Shown piece after piece: positions 38,299 through 50,672 of a stretch of 64,000 nucleotides of DNA. Under the pieces are notes generated by a model that had not been told where the DNA came from, ran no database searches, and saw only the letters and a program-made list of their open reading frames with translations. Origin of the DNA: Sphyrna mokarran (taxonomy: Eukaryota). Position numbers and translations under genes: made by a program. Within the stretch, counting starts at the first letter, position 1. Every line of letters starts with the position of its first letter. The DNA is taken from assembly GCA_024679065.1 (NCBI GenBank), contig JAGIQG010000017.1:28148001-28212000 (forward strand). Direction: 5' to 3'.

Positions 38299-38563
38299 AT
38301 GAGTAACAAAGACGACATCACTAAGTGTTCTCCAGCTCCGATCTCCAGCTTTACGATACAGTCCATTCTCGGGACCTCGTCGGAGGAAGAACGCACAGGT
38401 TGCAAAGACAATGCCAAAGTAAATGCCAGGAAGCGCTGTCTATCCGACTCTTCGGACGAAGAGTTAACCGAGGAAGGATACAAAGATCTAGCCTGCTTCT
38501 GTTCTGACTCTGGCCCCGCAGAGCCCTGTCGCAGACACCAGACTATCAGCTACACTTGTGTGA
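38299..38563 (+). CDS. HMX2: Homeobox protein HMX2 (Nkx5-2), coding exon 1
   Basis: MSNKDD...ISSFTIQSILG (eh1)...ARKRCLS...ACFC matches the HMX2 N-terminus. The phase-1 donor A|GTAAGT at 38564 is required to keep frame with exon 2. Confidence 0.93.
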
Positions 38564-39616
38564 GTAAGTAAAGCGAAATCATTTCTATTTATCGAGCAGC
38601 GTTATCCTCAACTCTCTTTTGTGTATAGTTTGGAGAATGATTTTGAGAACACAGTGCGCTTGCCCTTAATAATGTTTAACTTTAAATGAAACAGTCTTTA
38701 TTTATAGCTCTCTTTAGATATACTGTTCCGTCCTATCGTGTATTCATGTATCTTACTCCATTCTCCCTGACGCCCAAGATAATACCAACGTTGTAAACCC
38801 ATTTAAGTCAACAATGCCTCTTACATATCAAGCGAAACTATTAGGAACTGCCTGCAATCAGATAGCATTTATGGACTCTAATACTTTGGGTGAATTTGGT
38901 TGGGGAAGCTACTTTGTGCAAACATAAAGGAATTCCATTTTTACCGCGGACAGAAAACACTCGCACGATTTTCCTTCGACACCAGCAACTTTGCATTTCA
39001 AAAAAACAACACAACCATTTAGTGAATAGAATTAAAGAGACAGTTACGTTATTACTGTAACACCAGGTAAGAGACTGCGATAGCCGTGCTGTACTGCCAT
39101 GATTCACACCGGATGGCTTCAGGATTGTAACCATTTACATGACTATTTTAATCATATTTAATATTGAGAATTATGATACAAATCAAGCCATATTTCGTCC
39201 TGTTCATCTTGAAGGAAGCCCGACAAACATAGGCAAGCGGCGGCATTTAGCAAAATTCTTGGCAGAAAATACAGGTGAGATTGTCCGCTAATTCGACGTA
39301 CATATATATATAGTTATAGAGGTAGAAAATGTTTTCTTATCACCTAAGCTTAAAAATGTTCACTCTCCTTGCTGCCGTTGACATCTTTATTATATAGTTT
39401 TCTTTGTATTTGAAGGCAGTTTCTCATGTCAAGTTTTTATGCAATGATGCATGTCACACATTGCAGACCGGATTAAAACATCAAAACAATTGTAACTATG
39501 TTATTCTTGTCGTATAATTTTTAAAAACATATAGAAAGAGGCAAGATAGTGAAAAGTCAAGGAGTGCAGATTGGCTGTAATATATCTGAGAAATGCCTTA
39601 TTTTTCTGCTTTCTAG

Positions 39617-40158
39617 GTAATTCTAAAGGAGTTGGCGCCGCTGGGCAGGAAAGTGCGGAAAGAAGGCAGCAGCAGTACCTGTCGCAAGATGGTCAGGTTT
39701 ACAAGGAAGAAAAAGAAAAGAACTGCATGCAGACATCAACAGACAGACAGAGGGAGGGAGACAGACAAGGGAACCCGACCAAGAAGAAAACTCGCACCGT
39801 TTTCTCTCGCAGCCAGGTCTACCAGTTGGAATCCACCTTCGATATGAAACGTTACCTGAGCAGCTCGGAGAGAGCTTGCCTCGCCACCAGCCTCCAGCTC
39901 ACAGAGACCCAGGTCAAAACCTGGTTCCAGAACCGCAGGAACAAGTGGAAGCGACAGCTCTCAGCGGAACTCGAGGCGGCCAACATGGCTCACGCGTCAG
40001 CGCAGACTCTAGTAGGAATGCCTCTAGTTTTCAGGGACAATTCCCTTTTGAGGGTTCCAGTCCCCAGATCAATTGCGTTCCCTGCTCCTTTGTACTACCC
40101 AGGCAACAACCTTACAGCTCTTCCCTTCTACAATCTCTACAACAAAATCGAATACTGA
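39617..40158 (+). CDS. HMX2: Homeobox protein HMX2, coding exon 2 (homeodomain); spliced protein 268 aa
   Basis: Acceptor tttttctgctttctAG; homeodomain with HMX2-specific QVYQLES, ERACLA and QVKTWFQN; C-terminus YNLYNKIEY. Confidence 0.97.
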
Positions 40159-43100
40159 CATTTTCTGCTCCACGTCTCTTTATAATTGTTTAACAATTAA
40201 ATTGTATATTTATATAATATCCGTATCTGTTTAAAATATATCTTTCTTATATGCAACCACTTGCATAATTATAAAGACAACGTGCTTCTCTATAAATTGT
40301 ATTAAATATACAGTGTATATATGGATTATTTTGCAGTTTCTTATTTGATAATAAGACTTATTTAACTCCTACAATTGAAGATGGGTGCATTATACTAAAA
40401 ATATTCACGTCAAAATAGATTTTTTCAGAATGTATAAAAGACACGTGCAGAAAATGAAGTACTGTACTGATTTTAAGAATAATTCTTAATGGCTAACAGC
40501 AAACCACATGTGTATATCTCATCTGAGTACGTTGCTCAACTTTGGTGATAGGAATTTATTTTTGACATAAACGCATTTTTGACAAGGGAAATTAGTAGTC
40601 AATAACAACGTACAAGGGATACACATGCTTATTCTGCACATGATTCTTTTTTACGTTGATTTTTCACTCGCCATCAAAAGCAACGCTGACATAATGGCAT
40701 TTGCAACAGGAAATGCAGACGGATGTGGATTATATGTCAAACATAATTTAGAAAACTTTGTTCATATGCTTAATTAATAAATTGAAAATCAGAAACAGAA
40801 AAAACAATATCAGTAGCACGTTGTTGTGTAATATTGCCCGAACGTTATACTTTCAAAGAAATTTGAATGTTTTGCTATGAGGTAAACCTGACACTTCCTG
40901 TGCAAAAGATTAGAGTTCGCAATTCTCACAAGTAGTACCCCCGAATTTTATAAAATGTTGCAAAATATATACAAACCTTGTTGAAAAGGCAATGATGCAA
41001 TTGCAAGGTACAATAATGAATACTTTAAATATTTTACTTACTCTTACCTTTAATGCTTTTGACATGAGGAACACACTCAGGCTGGCATTTTCAGGGTAAT
41101 GCATTTGGGTAAAGGAAAGATTAATTCAGAGTACTTAAAATCTTGGGAGACACTTTTTTAAAATTTAAATAATCCGTAAAGCCACCTGTTCGCGCTACTC
41201 AACTTGGTTGCAAAATTTTTAAAAGGCACGTCGTTTTTCACTACAATAGAACGACGATCTTAAATACCAGAAAAGGACAAAGTCTGCATTTTTGAACTAT
41301 GCAGACTGAAGCAAGTGGTCGAAAATTACACCTCTCAGAGGCGAAACAGCGTAGGACGTCTCTTAAAATTCAACTTCAAGGGCATAATGTTATAACAGTT
41401 TAGGCGTATTAAGAATTTTTAATGTAAACAAATAGCCAAAAATAGGAGAAGCTATAAGCATTGTTAATGTATGTTTTATTGTGGCGATGCACCACTGTAC
41501 AAACTGTAGATTGCCATTTCTTCCGAGTTAGCACTGACATTTTACTTCACTTGAACATTTACAAGATGAACGATCAATACCTTCAGTTATTGAAATTAAC
41601 TGATGACCAACATACACAATTGTTGAATCTTCGCCCTTATCTCTAGTTTGAAACTTCACATTTTCCGCACGCCCTTCAGTTGAACGTAGAAATATGTGTC
41701 ATCTTTCAGCATTACCAGATTGCGATAATAGTTACTGTCTAAATTAAATGTAACATCGTTTAATCAATAATTTAGAAGAATTCAGTGCAGGGCAGTTGTT
41801 TGCTCTTACATAAACATTAGCATCGCAAAATCTTTTATCAAAATTTGGGGGAGTAATATATTTTCTTCACAAATTCTGATATCTATTATGAAATAACGTA
41901 TTTATGTTGTATTTCTACTCCACTAAACATTAATTAATGTAACAACAGAAAGGCACCTGATATTTGAAACAACAATATGGATTTTTAATGTTGCTACTAT
42001 AAATATGCACTTATATGTTGCACAACGGTGCAATTCAAGACAATAAAGCCGAATTTGCTTTGATTAGCATTTGAACTCCTTGGTCGAATTTTAGAGAATA
42101 ATTTAAACTTTACTTACGGTCTCTGAAAATATTGGGTAATAATGCATCCACCTGCTCTGTCAAGAAAAATCAGTTAAAAGCGGGAATACATGAAAGCTAT
42201 TATTTTTATTCAATACATCATGTCTAAAAACAGTAACATCTACTCAGTATAATACACGACAGAAGATAGTTTATGATATCATTTTCCGTTATATAACATT
42301 AGTCAAATATAACGTACTTTTTACTTGCATTTATGCGAATTGCAATTGGGGCCTGCAATAAAATCAAGATCTACTTTGACACAATTTATTAAGATATCTT
42401 TATATAACACCTTTTTCGCATTTAAACAAATATGATCAAACAGAATTGATACCACCCTGAAAAGTGGGAGTTGTAGATAATACTGCGAAATTACGGAATG
42501 GGTACTTTGGAACAAAAAAATGGAACAATTCGAACTGAGAACAATTTCGAAGTCTCCAGTAGCACTTGTTTCTTGGAACACTTTGGAGAAAAAACACTTT
42601 TTTTTAAACAAAAATAACAAAGTCCTGAAGGTACGTTGGTTTATTCAATAAAATAATAGTCACAAATTAAGTTACAAAAAAGTAAACAAAATCAAATGTT
42701 AACAGCAGTAGTACAAACGTATATGTCTATTTATGAATAGCGTCAATAGTATTCGCAACAGTTTGAATAATATGCACGGTATTGAATGTCCGGATAACAC
42801 CAGATAACAACCCACTAAGGTAACATTCATCCATTATGCATATGCGTTATATTTTAATTACTTTAACAGTGCTGATACCCTTAGTATAGCCTCCATGCAT
42901 ACAGGTTTCTGTTGACTGCATTGCATTTTCATTAAAACGATAAGAATTACTTCCTCCGTGGGATGAAAATCAAAACTATAGTGGCTCGCTTTCACGTAGC
43001 GGTTCACGATATTTTAACATTTATGTTAATATTACATAATTGTAAATGTTATACTTTCAAAATATTTGAACTATGTAGCCATTCAAAGTTGCAGAGTTGA

Positions 43101-43199
43101 CAAAGTTGCATTCTTGCCCTACACGGCAAACCCTGCACTACAAATTTTTAATTCGTCTCCAAATTTGCAGGACGTTTCTTTAAACACATGTTATTTTGC

Positions 43200-43990
43200 A
43201 ATCATTCTCCCCGATCTGCAGTTTTAAACGTGGATTGCGCGCCTTCAAGTTGAAGTTGGGCTGTTCGAAGCTTGGAGACAATGAAGCGGAGTGTCACGTG
43301 AGCTGTCCCGGCCGGCCCGGTGCAGGAGAGCGGTGACGTCACATCCGCAACCCCAACGGGCGCTCGAACGGCCCCGGGTTCAAACTGACCAATCAGAATT
43401 AAGGATTGTGAAGGGCGCTGGCGCGAGCGGAGCAGCTTCTGGAACAATCGGAACGGAATCGGCGTGAATTCAGTTATTAGTTCAAAACAGAGCAAGCAGC
43501 AGAGGAGGAGGAGGTAGGTAATGGAGGGAGAGTTCCGCGCACTCATTTAGTGCGGCTCCATCGCCGGTACCTTACCCTCGGTCATTTTGTGTCTGTCAAG
43601 CAGCCCGTTGTGCCTGAGCTTGGAGGCCTCGGACGATGCAGTTGAAGCGGTCCGGCTAGCCCACAGCCCCCCCCCCCCTCGCCCCCCAAATCTCCCGTCG
43701 CCAGTCACCGCTGCCGCTGCTGCTTTCTGCGGGTAGGCCGTAGGCCTGGGCTAGCGCATGCGGCTCAGTTTTTAGTGCGAGCCCGCCCCGGGGCTCCCCG
43801 GCTTTACGGGGCGAGCCTGCGGTGGATTGGGATTGTGGTTTTTTTTTACGGTGGTCCTATGTTAATATTTCCGTCAAATAAATGGAGGAAGTGTAGTGAA
43901 GTTTGGGATTCGGCTCGAAATTCAGCGCCAACGTACAAATCACTTTGACACGGCGGCCATTTTAATTGTCAGGCGCTGGCTCCAATTCAG
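43200..43990 (+). promoter_or_regulatory. BUB3: BUB3 CpG-island promoter and non-coding exon 1 (donor at 43514 or 43518)
   Basis: GC/CpG-rich; E-box GTCACGTGAG (43293), CRE TGACGTCA (43334), reverse CHR TTCAAA (43379, 43481), CCAAT GACCAATCAG (43387), NRF1-like GCGCATGCG (43754); donor GAG|GTAGGT. Confidence 0.75.
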
Positions 43991-44989
43991 ACTCCAAACC
44001 GTGATACGTTTCTTCAAGGAGCAATCCCTTCAATAGTTTCACATTGTATTGTTTAAAGTTGCTTTATCAATCGGCAGCTTTTATTGCCCATCCTATGGTT
44101 AATACGACCATTTAGAGCCTGGCAATTCCTCAAATCTAATAAAGAGGAAGCGTACAACTTAGTGTATTAATATTTCTCGTTTTCCACTGGCACCATTTTG
44201 TTTATGGGCAGATAGCATCTCAACTTGTTTCCCAAACAGAATGGAACGCTGATACATTAGCCTAACATCGCTGTCCTATTTGACCTGGAGCCAGGTGGGC
44301 CCAGATAACAAAGCAAATAGATCCGAGAATTTGGCGTTAGTGTGCTGTAGAAATGTTTCGTAATTTGGTTGACAAAGATGTAGGGGCTGAACATGGACAT
44401 CAAATTAAAGAGGTGACCAAAATGAGTAAAAGAAGTGTGTTTTAAAGGTAGAGAAGGAGCTGAAGAGATGGCTCTCAATGGAGGGGAGTGTAATATTTGA
44501 TCCTGGTGACACATTACCCAAATAAGGAGCTGAAGTCATGGGTGAATTTAAAGAAGTTTATTAATTAACAACAGTTTATCTATGATACATATAGGTAGAA
44601 AAGGAAGATGGCCTGAATTTGTTGGTAGTCTCTGATCTGATGAATGAAAAGGGGAAAGTAAAGGGATCTTGACCTCTGTGACTGTTGGTGACATCTCTTT
44701 TTGTTCTCTTCTGAGCAAACCAAAGTGTTCTGCTCCTCCTTCGTCTCCTCCTCTGCAGAAGACTGTAGACTCCCTTCCTAGCACCTTTTATGTACCTTAT
44801 TTCTAAAAGCTTTTGGAAATCCCATGTCGATCATTTGTTTCCATTTATCCGATTACTGAGGGATGTTGGAAAACTGCTTCTGTGCCAGAAATAATCTTGT
44901 GGTGTGATTTACCACTTGCTAGGACATATTTCAGCTTTGCTCGTTTGGTTTGTGTTTGGGTCACAAAATCAGATTTTATCAAATTTACG

Positions 44990-46110
44990 TAAGAACTGGA
45001 ATAGAAGTAAGCAATTCAGAACTCCATGCTTGCTTTGCCATTCAATATTATTGTGGCTGATCTCATCTCCACCTTTCTGCTTCCTAAAACCCTTTATCCT
45101 TTTACTAATTAAATACCTTTTATCTCCTCAAATTTGTCTAGTGTGTTTGCATCCACTACATTTAAATAGAGAAGTCTATAGATTTATGACCCTTTGAGTG
45201 AAGTAATTCATCCTTTTTTCTGTTTTAAATCTTCCAATCCTTAGCCTTGTGGCCCCTCATTCTAGAATGCCCAATAAGGGGAAAACGTCTGTTCTACATA
45301 TATCCTATCAATTCCCTTTACCATCTTGTATATTTTAATGATATCTCCCCTCATTATTCTTAGCTCCAGTATCTCTTCATAGGACAGGTCTTTTTATCCC
45401 TGGAATCAATCTAGTGAATATTCACTGAACTTGAATGCATTTACATTCTTCCTCAAGCAACAACACTAAAGCTGTGTGCAGATGTATCACCAATGCCCTT
45501 TGCAGTTGCAAAAGTGTCTTCCCACTCTTATCCTCCTTAGCAATGAATGTCAAAATGCCATTTGCCTTCCTGATTACTTGCTGCATGTTAACTTTCTATG
45601 AATTGTGCACGAAGACTTCCAAATTTGTCTGCATTGAAGCATTTTGAAGTTTCTCTCTATTTAGGTAGTACGTTGCCTTTTTGTTCCTCTGGCCAAAATG
45701 AATAACTTCACACTTATCCATATTAAATTCCATCTGCCACATTTTGACCTACTCACCTAACCTATCCATATCTGTTTGTAAATTTCTTAATTTCTCATTG
45801 CAGTTCGGTTTTCCATCTATTTTGGTGGTGTCAGCGATTTGACTACAGTACCTTCTATCTCTGCATCCAAATTATTAATACAGATTGTAAATAGCTGGGG
45901 CCTGAGGACCAAACCATATGGCACACTACTAATTACAGCTTACCAATCAGACAAAGACCCAGTTACCCCCACTCTGCTTTTTGTTGATTAACCCATCCTC
46001 TTTCCAAACTAACATATTACCCCCCCCCGCCCCAGTCTCATAGTTTCTTATTTTGTGTATTAATCTTTTTGTGTGACACCATTATTAGATCTCTTCTGGA
46101 TATTCAGATA
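44990..46110 (-). mobile_element. Old CR1 LINE 3' fragment in BUB3 intron 1
   Basis: Reversed CR1 tail at ~45000 and RT-region remnants (GGGCCTGAGGACCAAACCATATGGCACAC, a reverse VPxGSVLGP-like motif). Confidence 0.7.
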
Positions 46111-46426
46111 CACTACATTTTAGGAATATTTATTCTAGAATCATGTTGTTTCCAGATTTAACAGGCCTACTCTAATCTAGGTTTGTCAACCCAACTCTCT
46201 GCAATAGGATAGTCAGGAGGAGTGTGTTTCTACAGTTTTTTTAAAAAAAATTAAGATTGTTGAAAGCCATTCCTTACAGGAGGGAGATTACAAAAATTAG
46301 TAGCATGAAAAATGCACAAGGTGCTGCAATGGAATGCTTACAGAGGGGCTACAGGGTTAGAGGTGAAGTTTAATGATACAGAGGGAATGAAGCCATGAAT
46401 GGATTGGAAGAGAGGGATGAGGATGA

Positions 46427-46512
46427 GGGCGGCACAGTGGTCAGCACTGCTGCCTCAAAGTGTCAAACCCCTGGGTTCAGTTCCTGATTTGGGTCATTGT
46501 CTATGTAGAGCT
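46427..46512 (+). mobile_element. V-SINE 5' head fragment
   Basis: GGCGGCACAGTGGTCAGCACTGCTGCCTCA...GGGTTCAGTTCC. Confidence 0.7.
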
Positions 46513-47184
46513 CAGGATTATGGAGTACTGAATGAAATGGAGAATTAAATGACAGGCAAATGGAAGCTCAGTCATGTTTGATTTTATTTATAGTTCTCAA
46601 AACCAATTTGTACATTTATTCAGAACAATATCTTAATGTTTCTGGAGCTGTATGCTGTTACTGTTTGGTACCTACATGTTGATTATGAACTGCTTCTACT
46701 ATCAGTCATGTTACCAGGTTAAATGTTATGGGTGGATGTCAAAGCACAGGGCATGAGTTGTAAGCAACAGTATTGAGAGATCGAGTTATTTTAGAGGAGA
46801 TTTTTAAAATTAAAGTTATAACTTTAAGAACAAAATGAGTTGCAATTGTTCAGTGCTACATGTTTGAAGAAATTGTCTTTTGTGTAATTCTGCGGTCTTA
46901 AGAGTAAAGATATATGATGAAAAGTATACTACTAAGTGTAACCACGTTCAACAGATATGAGCAGTACCCCTGCAGTTTTGCATTTTCCCAATATATTGGT
47001 AATTTGATCTTTCATTGAAATTGACCTTTAAGCATGATTCAGTTTTTATTTTCACTTGTGCTCTGGCAGTTGACTGATTATATGTGAGGGAACCATTGGT
47101 TAGCTCATTATTGGATTTTATTGCTTTTGGAAGAAAGAGGATTCAGAGTCATGCTTAAGAGAAAGGTACAGTAGTCATTATGGT

Positions 47185-47888
47185 TAATACTATAATCCAA
47201 AGAACAAAACAGCACGGGAAACAGGCCCTTCGGCCCAACAAGCCCGCGCCGCCACCCTGATGTTCCCACCTCTACCCGCGATCCCTAACCATGTTTATAG
47301 ATCTATGGATTAAAAACCAAATTTGAGACAATTAAGGGAGAATTTGTTTTGTCAGTTAGCCTAAGAGCACATCTTTGGGGATAGAACATAGAACATAGAA
47401 CATTACAGCACAGAACAGGCCCTTCGGCCTTCGATGTTGTGCCGACCAAAATAAAAAGCACTGCCCCTCCAAACTAAACCATTCCCTTCTCTTCCATATA
47501 CTTATCAATTAACCTCTTAAACGCCACCAAACTTGGAGCATCTACAACAGCTGCAGGCAGGGCATTCCACTCCCTAATCACTCTTTGAGTAAAGAACATA
47601 CCTCTGATATCCGTCCTATAACTCATACCCCTTAATTTAAAGCTGTGTCCCCTCGTGCTAGCTTTCTCCATCCTAGGAAAAAGGCTATCACTGTCCACCC
47701 TATCTAAACCTCTAATCATCTTATATGCTTCAATAAGATTAAGATGTGATAAGATAAGATGTGGGAAGAAACCGGAGCACCTGGAAAAAAACCCACGCAA
47801 GCACGGGGAGAATGCGCAAACTCCCACAGACACAGGCCCAAATCCATGTATCTGCACAGCGATAGTCACTGAGCTGTTGTGTTGCCCA
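47185..47888 (-). mobile_element. V-SINE with a CR1 3' fragment (47384-47740) nested inside it
   Basis: The SINE motif CACATCTTTGGG..TGTGGGAAGAAACCGGAGCACC is split by a CR1 ORF2 end (LIEAYKMIRGLDRVD...FFTQRVIREWNALP) that carries an (ATAGAAC)3 tail. Confidence 0.8.
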
Positions 47889-48059
47889 TCAAATGGTCCA
47901 GGTCAAGCGTACACTAACGACGTGAAGCACTAGGATACTCTCGAAAAAGAAATCCAAGAGCAGCCCTCTCACGACCCATTGCGTGTATGCCCCTCGTTAG
48001 ACAACAAAGTGGACCAAAGCACCTGTAGGATAAAAACAAGTACATCAATATCATCATCT

Positions 48060-48300
48060 ATTTACACACTTCCCAGGACTCCCAAGGCTCATGATCCCTA
48101 TTTTAAATCAGTTTTCTATACCCCTCCATTCCCATTCTGTTCATGTGCCCATCTAAGTATTTCTTAAATAACTCCAGAGTACCTGCTTCCACCACTTTAC
48201 TTGGCAGCGCATTCCATACCCCCACCACCCTCTGTGTGAAAAAAACTCCCTCTCTCTTGTTCTTCCAAAAAAAAACTCCCTCTCTCTTGTTCTTTGTTCT
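48060..48300 (-). mobile_element. CR1 3' fragment with a 30-bp tandem duplication at its 5' break
   Basis: FFTQRVVGVWNALPSKVVEAGTL; AAAAACTCCCTCTCTCTTGTTCTT occurs at both 48241 and 48271. Confidence 0.8.
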
Positions 48301-48480
48301 TCCAAAAGAACACAATTGCACATCCTTCCCTTGTTTTCACTTAAAGTACTGAATGATATTTAAATTATACTAGTAGGAATCATTATTAGTGATGGTAACA
48401 AATCAGTTCTCTGATCTCTGTTTTAAGTTTGTCAATGATTAGTACAGATCTTACTGAAGTATTATATTACTTATTTTCAG

Positions 48481-48675
48481 ATGACAGGTTCAAATGAATT
48501 CAAACTAAACCAGTGCCCTGAAGATGGGATCTCTGCCATTAAGTTCAGTCCAAACACTTCTCAATTCCTGTTGGTGTCATCTTGGGACTGTACCGTTCGG
48601 TTATATGACATCACATCAAATAACATGCGACTCAAGTACCAGCATTCAGCAGCTGTCCTGGACTGTGCTTTTCAT
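48481..48675 (+). CDS. BUB3: Mitotic checkpoint protein BUB3 (WD40), first coding exon
   Basis: ttattttcAG|ATG; MTGSNEFKLNQCPEDGISAIKFSPNTSQFLLVSSWD...VLDCAFH; donor GTAAGA, phase 0. Confidence 0.97.
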
Positions 48676-49224
48676 GTAAGAAGCAATTTTATTTTCCATT
48701 GAATTATAGTTACCAGAATTGAAAACATTTCACCTAGTAGCTATGTGGATATTTGTTTTGCCGTTTAAACTTCACTCTCAAACATCACCCAAAATAAGCA
48801 TTAGCCTAAGCCAGGCCTGTTACTATATATCTCACAAAACAATAGATTTCTATAGATTTGAAATATTTTTTGTTTATATACATGAAACTAAAATCTCATA
48901 TCTGATTAATCCTGTTATAATTCCACTGCTTTCTAATTTACTCTTGTTTTTCTCAACCCTTCAGTTTTCTTTTCTGCTTCTTTGTGTGTTTTCCCTTCTG
49001 CCACATTTAATTACTTTTTCCCCCTGAATATTGGTTATTCTTTCAGTGTAAACACATTGGTCCCAGCTTTGCGTCACTCTGACAGTGTCCTAGAAACCTA
49101 ATTTCTTTCTTTCCCCAATTTCTCTTGTTAAAAATTTGAATTGTTTATCTTGTTATTCCTAATAACAGGAAAAATCAACATTTATTAGCCTTGAGATATT
49201 ACTCTTTAATATCTCTTCAAAGAA

Positions 49225-49720
49225 TAGAGCACAAAAGTCTGACTGATACACCAGTGCAGTACTTAGGGAATATGTTGCCTTATTAAATAAAAATTATTTT
49301 CTCCAAAAGATGTTAAATGTAACTTACTTCATAAGGTAAGATTAAATTAGGCCATTTAGCCCATTGAATCTACTCTGCCATTTGATTTATGGCTGATATG
49401 CTCCTCATTCCTATTTTTCTGCCCTTCTCCCCGTAACCTTTCAACCCATTACCAATTAAAAATCGGTCTAACTCCCCAAATTTACTCACTATCCCAGCAT
49501 CCACTGTCATGAGTATTAATTGGAGACTGCTGTATCAAGTAGGCATAAAATGTCCCGTGGCATAGTGTTCCGTTCACTGTTTATCCCTTGATTAGTACTA
49601 AGTCTTTAATCTGGTCATTATTGCACTGCTGGTTTTGGGAACAGTAGTGACTTTTTTAAAGTTATTTTATTGGTTCAAAAATGCTTTGGGTTATGAGGTC
49701 ATTTATATAAATTTTTTTAG
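49225..49720 (+). mobile_element. Decayed Deu-type SINE with a nested CR1 tail (minus strand, ~49330-49505)
   Basis: GACTGATACACCAGTGCAGTACTTAGGGA and CTGGTCATTATTGCACTGCTG match the 10370 and 62140 copies. Confidence 0.5.
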
Positions 49721-50499
49721 TTATGTTTCTTCTCCAGGGCCTTGATTTTATTTCTTTTGTGTAATGGGTTCCAGTAATAATCAAAGCCTAGCATATAAAA
49801 TCTTTTGCACTCCATTCTATTTTTCTTGACTCTTGAACCTGAATGGCAGTGTATCATTCATGACTTTTGGTTGCACTACAAAATGTGTGTTTGCTTCCCT
49901 AACAGAAATTTGCAGTATTTCCAATGTATTTTAATATTTTACAATTTATCTGAGGTCTGATTTATGCACTTGGTATAAATACTAATGTCTTGGTATTAAT
50001 GGGGACTTGAATTATATTGTTTTGCATTCTGCTAATACTTAGCACTTGCATGTATTGCCTGATCGTAGTACATAATGTCAGCTATTATCTTGTTCATCAT
50101 ACAGTCGTCAATCTAATTTGTTTTAATTCAATGCATATTTATAGTGTGTAACTTAACAGCTGTGCAAAACAGTTATTTATCAATATTGAATCTAATTAAT
50201 TGTTTATTTTCCATTTGAAAAGTTAATCTGACTCCTGCGACTCTTCTACTGTATCGTCTGTTTCTATTAACAAAATGGGGAGATTGTTAAATTGATATGT
50301 TTGTTTTGGTGGTCTTATGGGTTATGCATGTAGCTTCTATAAGGTAGAATACAAAAAATGCCTATTGGAGAGAATATAACAAATAAAGAGTCAACTAGGT
50401 TACTTCAGTAAGACAGTGGTCAATCATCTATCTCAACCCTATCTTCCCACTCTGTCCCTTCATTTCTTTACCATCCAAGTATGTATCAACCTCTGTCTT

Positions 50500-50672
50500 G
50501 AATGTATTTGGAATCATGAGCTTTTGGAATGCTGTTCCTTCCTCAGGTGAGTGGAGAGTTGGGTTCATAACAAGGACGTATGTAGACAGTACGCAAATGC
50601 AAGATAATGGTTGGAATGTTGTGAGACATCTGACTGTGCCCATCCTAGTCCAACGCTAGTATCTCCACATTT
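50500..50672 (-). mobile_element. Penelope terminal fragment (inverted pieces) inside a CR1 tail
   Basis: Reverse complement of the 2950-3040 region (CACTCACCTGAGGAAGGAACAGCATTCCAAAAG), followed by a plus-strand TGTGAGACATCTGACTGT piece. Confidence 0.6.

Noticed and set aside
43202-43546. 114-aa antisense ORF across the BUB3 promoter
   Set aside because: Expected by chance in a CpG island, with no recognisable domain. Divergent non-coding transcription is possible but unsupported.
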